From Octopus sinensis (Eukaryota): DNA of 15,835 nt. A model generated the notes under the pieces. It ran no database searches, had not been told where the DNA came from, and saw only the letters and a program-made list of their open reading frames with translations. The position numbers and the translations under genes are program-made. The first letter of the stretch is position 1. Each line of letters begins with the position of its first letter. Shown here piece after piece: positions 1 through 8,004 of the stretch. Location of the stretch: assembly GCF_006345805.1 (NCBI RefSeq), contig NW_021825062.1, forward strand, positions 1 through 15,835, in the 5' to 3' direction.

Positions 1-218
1 TAAATAAAAAAAAAGTGAATAAAAAGTGTAGCCGATTTAAATGGATAAAAAATAATTTTATTAATATTAAAAAAACTTTTTTAATTAATTAAATTATAAC
101 AATGTTTTCATAAATATAAAATAATAAAATATATTTAGATAAAATTTTTATTGTGGCACCATTACATTCTAAATTGGTTTTTTTTAATATTCATTTTAAT
201 AGCAATAAATTTAAATTT

Positions 219-3200
219 ATGGAAGAACCACAAATGATCCTTACAAACGGAATACGAGTCCTAGCACTCAACACAAGCATTGCTCTCCGGACAGTCCTAA
301 CAGGAGTAGATGAAGGAATCCTCAACGAAATTTCAAATATACTTGCCGACGTGTTTTACGAACTCGAAAAGTGCAATCGAGAGAAGGAGACCTACTACGA
401 AGAACTTATGTACAAAATAGACGACAACAAACAACTATCGACTCAATATAACCTCGAAAAAACCGCTCGAACCACCACCGACACTGTTTTTTGTCCACTT
501 TTTTAGTATTTTGTAGAAATTGATCGAATTTGAGTACAAGTACAGCGAGGTTTGTTTGTCGTTGGAAGAGCAGATAGTACTTTACAACGAACTGAAACAA
601 TCTATGGAAAATAAACTAAATTATTATATTAAAAGAGGTTAATTAATCATTTAAAAAATAATACAAATATTCAAAAATTATAAAAATATTTTAGATCAAG
701 TTTCAAACGAGAATTATTATAATTTAAAGCACGAATTTGACAAGTTGTTGAATGACCATCACCGGGTTGTGTGTGTACTAATATGCCCAGCTGAGAGCAC
801 TTTACTTTTCCCGAATTGAGGACAATTTGACCACAAATCAGGACAATTTGGACCAATCGACAGAGCCAATAAATCAAAAAGGTATGCGGTTTATTGACAG
901 AAAACACAAATTATAGAACAATTTGAACCAACCGCCGAGAGGTAGACCACAATCTAATATGTGATAGCAACAAGTCTATTTTTTGTGACTTTGCTGTGAG
1001 CCACGAGACTTCTTCGGTGGATATATTGAGTACTCTGAGTCCCCAAAAGACAGAGAATGTGGCAGAATGTGAAGAGAAGAGTCAATCCTCTTTGGGGTAC
1101 CTCAAAAAATGTAAAAAATAGAAACTGTACGAGCTTTTCTCAAATGAAGTTATCAGCACAGCATTTTAAGGGTTTTTGAGTTTTTTAGTAGTTCAAGATA
1201 ACTTGGCTGTGGATGAAATGGACTATGAGGAAGAATTGGGAGATCTTTCAAGTGTCGGTCCTTATTTCCCCACTTTAGATTGTAACCCGACATATGTCTC
1301 TTCACATTCCACGGATTCTTCTCAAACCTTCCCAAATGTACCCTCAGAATCAGAAATGGTTATCAAATCCGAGTCAAAGAATTCTAATGAAGCCACTTTA
1401 GTTTATCCAGTCGAGATGGATTCTTTTCAAACCTTCCAAAATTTTCCCTCAGAGTCAGAAACAGTTCTCAAATGTGAGACGAAGGAAATCAATGAGGCCG
1501 CTTTAGTTCATCATACCAAAACAGATAGTTCTCAAATTTTCACAAATGTGCCCTCAGAATCAGAAACTATCCTCAAATCTGAGATAAAGAAGACTAATGA
1601 GGCCTATTTAGTTCATCACATCAAAATGGATTCTCCTCAAATTTTCATAAGCTTACCCTCAGAACCAGAAACAGTCCTCAAATCTGACGCAAAGGAGACT
1701 AATGAGGGCACTTTGGTTCTTCATACCAAAACGGATACTTCTCTGAATGTGCCCTCAGAGTCAGAAACAGTCCTCAAATGTGAGACAAAGGAGACCAATG
1801 AGGCCGTTTCAGTTAATACTACTCAAACAGATATTTCTCAAACTTTCACAAATGTGCCCTCAGAATCAGAAACGCCCCTCAAATCTGAGACAAAGGAGGC
1901 CGATGAGGCCATTTCAATTAATCTTACCAAAACGGATACGTCTCAAACTTTTACTTTTACAAATGTGCCCTCAGAATCAGAAACGGCCCTCAAATCTGAG
2001 ACAAAGGAGGCCAATGAGGCCATTTCAATTAATCCTACCAAAACGGATACGTCTCAAACTTTTACTTTTACAAATGTGCCCTCAGAATCAGAAACGGCCC
2101 TCAAATCTGAGACAATGAAGACTAATGAGGTCACTTTAGCTCATCATACCAAAACGGATACTTCTCAAACCTTCCCAAGTTTAATATCAGAATCACAAAC
2201 GGCCCTCAAATCTGAGACCAAGAAGATCAATGAGATCACTTCAGTTAATCCTACCAAGTCGGAAATTCGGGTTGGGGAGGATACAGCGGAATCTGTCGAG
2301 TTAATCCACCCAGAGGTGACTAGATTACGAGTTATGGCATCAGAAACAGGTTTTTGATCAATATAAAATATAAGGTACAAATATGAAGAAGAGATCAAGT
2401 CTTCCACCAAGACCTAAACCACGTGGATTGGAGAATTCGAGGACTGAAATAGGTCCAGTAGTAAAATTTACTCAATTCACCGATTCTGGAATTTGCTTCT
2501 CCAAAAAAAACACAAATGGTATTTAAGCGTGAATTAATCAGACACGCCATTACAAGTCGACAAATCTGCTCCTCAGACCGAAAAGAGTCCCACGGTGACA
2601 CCTCGCGGACAAACTGACCAATCAGAAACTAGTTTTATATCCCAGGCAGCACAATCCTGCAAACCAGCCAGACCAAATAATCAGAAACAACAAAAAAAAT
2701 TGGAATATTCAAGTCCTTTCTCTGGTTGATTAGTGAGTATACACGTGTAGACATACATGCGGAGACAGACAAGATCCTTCGGGAGAACAAGGACCTCCGT
2801 GACTCGTGGTATGCCCTCACTACGGTCAACCGAGAACTGAGTCAGCAAATGGAGGCTATTAATAGGTTTTGGCCATAAATCACGTCCAGTGAGAACGAAC
2901 TGCTGCACAGTCGCATTCAACTGTCTGAAACTTCAAAAAACTCACTAAAAATCGCTTTAAAGTCAAAAATTGACCAAATTTCACTCTCAAATCAACGAAT
3001 TCTGGATTTGGAAAATGTTTTGATAAAAATGTCATTTTTTGAGTAGAAAATAAAAAATATGGAAACCTCATATTTCACGGAGTACGAATTGGTGTCCATA
3101 ATGGAATCACGGAATAAATACAAGCGGATGTATCTCGAACTCCGTGATTACATCAACGGATTCGAAGAGACCAAAAAAAGGAAAAAAAACTCAATGTAAT

Positions 3201-5014
3201 CCCGCAACTGAAATAATAGCTTCAAAAATATTTTCAGAAAGTCAGTGAAAGGACAGTTGGTTCCTTCCGTGGAAACCCGGGATCACGGTGATCCGGAGGT
3301 GTACCACCCATTCAAGGATCGCGAGGTCTCATCCCTCTGTGCCGTGATCACCGTGGTGAGTGATGGCCCGGTCTATACGAGTGCCGGTGCCAAAATAGTT
3401 GGAACGAGTGTATTTTACCCGCGGAATCACGGAAATGAAATCACGGAAAATTACGGAAATTACAAAATGAATTCATTAAATCAAAGATTGGCTGTTTTTC
3501 CATTTTTGTTAATTTTTTAGAAATATCATAAAGTTGTGAGTACGTCGAGGATTGGGGTGGAAGGAGCGGTCTCTCCAATTCTTTGGACGTCCTCTAAACT
3601 CATAAATATGGATGAAAGTCTGGTTTCCGTGATTGACGTGAATCAACCGGATTGTCCTCTTTCGGTTTTCCGCGTTCCTGGTTACGTAACAACCATGGAA
3701 TCAATTCCTGGTGTTATTTGGGATCTTCAAACCACAGGTTGTTCATTTCCGTCCAAATCTGACCCTGAAAACTCAAAAATTGCGGAAAAAGATTATTTTC
3801 CACGGGAAGATGAGCTGGTCAAGCTAACTTTGTCCCAACTCATAAGGAAATTCAAATCCGTGTTGCCAACGGTGTGGGTTGGGGGTACCAACGGGGATCT
3901 GAAGGTCTTGCCGAGTGCCTCAGACTTCTCCGAATGCCTCCTCGAGTTCAATGTTGGAAGTAGCGTGACTGGAATAAAGTCACAGTCTCACATTTATGTT
4001 GTAGATGTGTCCGTGGAAAGGTTTTTGTTGGGACGGGGAAGAGTGGATTGGCCTGTTTTGTGCGAGGAGGTAAATGAGGGGTGAGGGAGTGAGTAGAGGA
4101 CGGGCAGTGGAGTGAGGACTACACTGTGATTTGTCAGTGTCAAGATGGGGTCACTTTGGGGTCGATATCCACGATGGTAGTCATCGGGGATTCACTTCTT
4201 TGGTGTGCCTCGAAAAATCGTATTTTTGTGGTTGATTGTGAGGAATCGAATTGTTATGTAATCTTGGATGTCTATCCTTCTTAGAAGTCCCACGTGATTG
4301 GAAGGGATCATGAGGAAGTCAAATGTCTGGTGTGGGCAGGGGATGGAGTTTGGGTATCCTTTGTAGGCTCTACTACAATTTATCTTTACAATGTGTTCAG
4401 TCACAGTCGAGTCCAGGAGGTCAATCTGAGTGAAAGATTGTGTAGTGCTGTTTTGAGTTCGATTCCTGGTTGTTTTTTAATGTGGATGGATGGTTTAGTG
4501 ATAGGTGATTACTCAAAGATGTCATCTCCTTCTGTTTTAAAGATATTTGGGAATATGTTGTGGGTTGGGCACTCGAGTGGGCTAGTCCAGTCATTTAAAT
4601 TGGATATTTGTTTGTTTTGGTGGATAATGTAGGCAATAACCCGGTGGAAGGGGAGAGTAATATTCATAGAGTGTATAGACATACGGACTCGATAGTCCTG
4701 CCCACTACTTTTATGCCGAGAGTTGACCTGGGGAGTTCATATGTGCTGCCGGTAGCTCATAAGAATTTGGTTGTTGGACTAAATGCAGTGTGTTCTTCAC
4801 GTTTGCTTGGTCGGTGTATGGCAGGTGGGAATATTGACTCGAGCGGACGGTGTAAACTTGATTCGATTCGCGTGGTGTCGTGTGGGAATGGAGTGAGGAA
4901 CGTCACTGCAGGTGAATTGGGTGGAGTTTGATGTAGTTAGACCGAAGGGTGGTGGCTAATGACGATGTTTCGCTGGTTGTATGGGATTGGGATCTCCTGT
5001 CCACTCAAAAATGA
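219..5014 (+). CDS. MAPK8IP3: JNK-interacting protein 3/4 family scaffold and motor adaptor (JIP3/JIP4, UNC-16/Sunday driver-like), 21 exons, about 1409 aa
   Basis: Spliced translation matches the JIP3/4 domain order. RH1/LZI: IDDNKQLSTQYNLEKTARTTTD-T-KLIEFE (cf. [29 protein letters not shown]). LZII: DIHAETDKILRENKDLRDSWYALTTVNRELSQQMEAINSENELL. RH2: YFTEYELVSIMESRNKYKRMYLELRD. C-terminal propeller: VIDVNQP, PTVWVGGTNG, FVRGEDGQW, VKCLVWAGDGVWVS, LWVGHSSG, SLVVWD. Inferred introns: 486-516, 638-694, 766-790, 882-916, 942-967, 1097-1121, 1172-1191 (or 1188), 2350-2374, 2519-2541, 2725-2750, 2866-2889, 3017-3046, 3196-3219, 3494-3520, 3979-4004, 4070-4096, 4258-4284, 4469-4504 (optional, in frame), 4610-4632, 4912-4940. 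Exons sum to 4230 nt in one frame from ATG 219 to TGA 5012-5014. JIP3 versus JIP4 cannot be resolved, so the symbol indicates the family. Confidence 0.9.
1311..2258 (+). repeat. Coding tandem repeat, 9 units of ~105 bp (32-37 aa, consensus like TDTSQTFTNVPSESETALKSETKETNEAxxVxxTK) inside the JIP3-like exon
   Basis: Seen directly in ORF 1176..2357. Unit lengths are 35,35,35,35,32,35,37,37,35 aa, and all indels are multiples of 3. Confidence 0.95.
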
Positions 5015-5473
5015 GTTGAAATATTTTTCTATTGATTTAACTAAAGATTTTCATATAAAAATTATTTTTAATTGGCATTAACGATTTGACTTTTCCACTC
5101 CTGGTGACTGACGTATTCATCTCTTATACCAGAGGTGGCCAACGTCGTATTTTTTAATCGAAAAATAATGATCAATAATAAAGTTATTATCTCCACGTTT
5201 GTTCATATGAGGTGTAACAAAACTTTGTATAAAATTTAGACCAGATATCGGATCTTTGGTCATAAAACATCAGTCACAGGGGTCACATTGGTATTTAATT
5301 GTTATTTATTATAGATTTATGCTAAAATATTAACTTAAAATCGAGTTTTTTCATTGAGTTTTGTTTGATTTGATTACTAATAATGAATTCATTTTAGATA
5401 GTTAGTTAACTAATTTTACTTAGTATTGTCTTACCTAAAAGAGGAATTTTTTTGGCATTTTAATTCATTACAT

Positions 5474-5770
5474 CAGTGGTTCTCAACCTTTATTTTTGTA
5501 TTGCCTCCTTGGAAATTTTTCGTGTTTAGTTTGTTTCTTTTTTTCCGATAGTGCTATTCAAGTGCTGAATCCTTTCTCTACGCAGTATGATGTAGGAAAA
5601 CATAATATTATCATAATTTCAGGAATTTCATCTTTTCTTCTTCGTATAATGTCGTTACTTAATGGAATAGTCTTTATAATATTTGAAGAATCTTTTTGTA
5701 AAATATCGTTTATGAATAAATTTAAACAAGGAAGGATCACATTTTCTACAATCGAATGAGCATAATAAAT
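5474..5770 (-). mobile_element. Internally deleted hAT (Buster/Charlie-type) DNA transposon remnant with one terminal inverted repeat
   Basis: CAGTGGTTCTCAACCT at 5474-5489 is a Charlie/Buster-type TIR. It is preceded by CATTACAT, which fits the nnnTAnnn Buster target. The minus-strand translation HSIVENVILPCLNLFINDILQKDSSNIIKTIPLSNDIIRRRKDEI resembles the Buster/ZBED5 HTIAEELILP...IPLSNNTVARRIDDM block. It is joined directly to ILCFPTSYCVEKGFST, the hAT C-terminal dimerisation motif, followed by a stop. No second TIR was found. Confidence 0.75.
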
Positions 5771-5786
5771 AAATAATAGTTATTCG

Positions 5787-6023
5787 TTATTTGTAGTGTT
5801 GTATTTCATCAACCTCACCCTCTTGGGGCCCACGTTGGGTGCACGGTCTAGATTTAGGGGCAACCTCTTCAACAGGCATCGATAACCCGTGCCTTGTCTT
5901 GGCTTGCATGCTTTCCAAGGTCTTCCGCAACACCAGTGTCTGGATGTATGCTTTCACCCTGTCCTCCACGCCAAGCACCTTCAGATGGTTTTTGAAGTAT
6001 TTTGACACTATTCCGTCCCACAT
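5787..6023 (-). CDS. Short orphan ORF (78 aa), function unknown, possibly a mobile-element fragment
   Basis: ATG to TAA ORF in a GC-rich island with AT-rich flanks. About 33 of the first 46 codons end in G/C (manual count). No family recognised. Confidence 0.35.
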   Translation of the reverse strand: MWDGIVSKYFKNHLKVLGVEDRVKAYIQTLVLRKTLESMQAKTRHGLSMPVEEVAPKSRPCTQRGPQEGEVDEIQHYK

Positions 6024-6482
6024 ATAATTTAAAATAATAATGCAACCAGTTTTTGAAATTATCTTTGCAGCTTTACATGAATAAAATAATCCAGAGATAT
6101 TTCGAAATATATTTTTATTAAAGATTGACAGTAAGGTGTTTTTATTTTCAAATTTTTTTTAATTCTAAAAAAGTCTGCCTTTTTTCCAATTGAATTATTG
6201 TGTTTTCGCTTTAAATGTTAAATCAAACGAGACGGTTTCATTGTCTCATTCGAGATATTATTAATAAATATAATTAGACTCGATTATATATCTTTATTTC
6301 TTTAAAGATTATCGACTTCTAACATAAGATTTTAATTTTACAAAAATATTAGCAATCAGCCATCGCCCACTCCATTAAATCCCGAGTTCGACCAAGACTT
6401 TCCCTTAAATTCCATATTACAATCAGAGAAAATTGAACTATAAAGAAATAATTATTAATTGGAGGTACTATTTCTCGCATTA

Positions 6483-6593
6483 AAAAAATGTGGTTTAATA
6501 TTGGATAATGCGAGCTGTCACAGAAATCTAATATTTATTGACTTTTTCTTCCAAAAAAATAAGACCCCTTTAATTTACCCCTTAAGGCAAGGG
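6483..6593 (+). pseudogene. Remnant of a pogo/Tigger-like (Tc1/mariner superfamily) DDE transposase
   Basis: KKCGLILDNASCHRNLIFIDFFFQKNKTPLIYPLRQG resembles the pogo DDE_1 block LLLDNAxxH...FLPPNTTSLIQPLDQG. The third catalytic Asp position reads Arg, and no further homology is visible on either side. Confidence 0.55.
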
Positions 6594-7916
6594 TGGCCAA
6601 CCAGTCGATTGGCTTCTATATATGATGATCAAATCTCAATACAGAACCCGTTTAAGGGATAAGCATCTTGCAGATTACATGAGAATAGCACTAAGCTCAT
6701 ATGAGCCAGAATTCAAAATAATCGCAAGAGAATTACAATACTAAAAATCCCATTGACTTTTAATGTTTGAAAAATGAATTGATGCTAAAATTGTTATAGC
6801 ACACTTTCCATGCCAATTTAATTTTATAAATAATTCAATTGGAGTAAACTACAAACGACCTCACCAAATACTAAAATAAATGGAGTTTAGAAATTTTAAA
6901 TTTATGTAACTTTGATTATAACGACGTTAATGGAAATATGAGAACAATTAAAGCATGATCTCCCATAAACGGGGAGACCCCCGCGAGTCCAAGTGGCTTT
7001 TTCGAAAGATGTCTTCCTTGGCCATAGTACGTGGAAACTGTGTTTCCATTTACGAGGCCGAATTTAGTTAGTTAATAACTATTGTTTTAATTACTTTAAC
7101 TTTTTTGACCAAAAAAAAAAACAAACTTTAAAAAAAAAAAAAAAATTAAAAGCGTCAGGCAAAAAATCTCATGATATCAAAAATGAAAGAATCACTAAAA
7201 ATTGGAACGACTTAACCATATTAAGAAAAAACTCTTTATAGACTTTCTTAAAATGCCACGTGACATTGTCAGCGACGGCTAATAAAAATGCTCGTTCCTC
7301 TGGTAAACTTATAAGAATGAAAATTAAACCAAAAGAATTATCTAAATCTAAAATAATCTTTCCTCCTGTCGTTTTAAAATAAAGAAATTCAGATCACAAG
7401 AAAGGACAATGAAGAAAATTTACTCATTTTTGATAAAAGTACTCAGGCCATAAATTCAGTGAGTATTCTTTTTACCTGTAAACAACTTGGCAGACTCGTA
7501 TGAGAATACAGCTGTTTTGTTTACTTTAACTAAGTATATAAATTTCCTATTTTTAAAGCAAGACGTGATGTACAAACCTGGAATATTTATAGTAACTAAC
7601 AGATTATCCTGATCTATTTTATCCCTAAAAAACCCTTAAAAAAATGGTATTTGTTAGTTTCGTGCAATTGTTAATTTTGATAAACATATAACCGATGTGT
7701 GTATAGTTTTTTGAAGCCTTTCTCTCTAATTCTTTGAGGCTGTGTTTTTCATCATGAATTAAGTTGTCTCATATTTCATGTTTATAATTCTGTCTTTAAA
7801 GCCAGTTATGTTTTACTGCGGTTTTTAATTGTCGTGTCTACATTTTCATATTGCTGTTGTGGCATTTTAAGCATTTCGTGATTATTTATCTTAATAATAA
7901 AATGGTATGGTGTGGT

Positions 7917-7979
7917 GTCTGTCTGTCTGTCTGTCTGTGTGTCTGGCTGTGGGTCTGTCTGTCTGTCTGTCTGTGTGTG
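7917..7979 (+). repeat. (GTCT)n/(GT)n microsatellite near the Helitron 5' end (copy A)
   Basis: Direct reading. Its mirror is at 15036-15100. GTCY microsatellites near the 5' end are known in non-autonomous Helitron-like elements such as DINE-1. Confidence 0.95.
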
Positions 7980-8004
7980 CACACCAACTTCAAATAATTG
8001 GCAA

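Noticed and set aside
153-218. GTG-initiated N-terminal extension in the ORF track
   Set aside because: Eukaryotic gene. The upstream part is AT-rich with no family similarity, and ATG 219 fits the start of the RH1 domain.
1747-2118. Overlapping 123-aa ORF in an alternate frame
   Set aside because: By-product of the repeat in the main JIP3-like frame.
406-4404. Minus-strand ORFs over the JIP3-like gene (406-600, 671-907, 1153-1335, 2165-2410, 2395-2601, 2635-2829, 2681-2920, 2880-3071, 4192-4404)
   Set aside because: Short antisense frames with no recognisable motifs, overlapping a well-supported plus-strand gene.
7194-7210. U6 snRNA-like ACTAAAAATTGGAACGA
   Set aside because: The match is only ~16 nt. 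The ACAGAGA box and flanking U6 sequence are absent.
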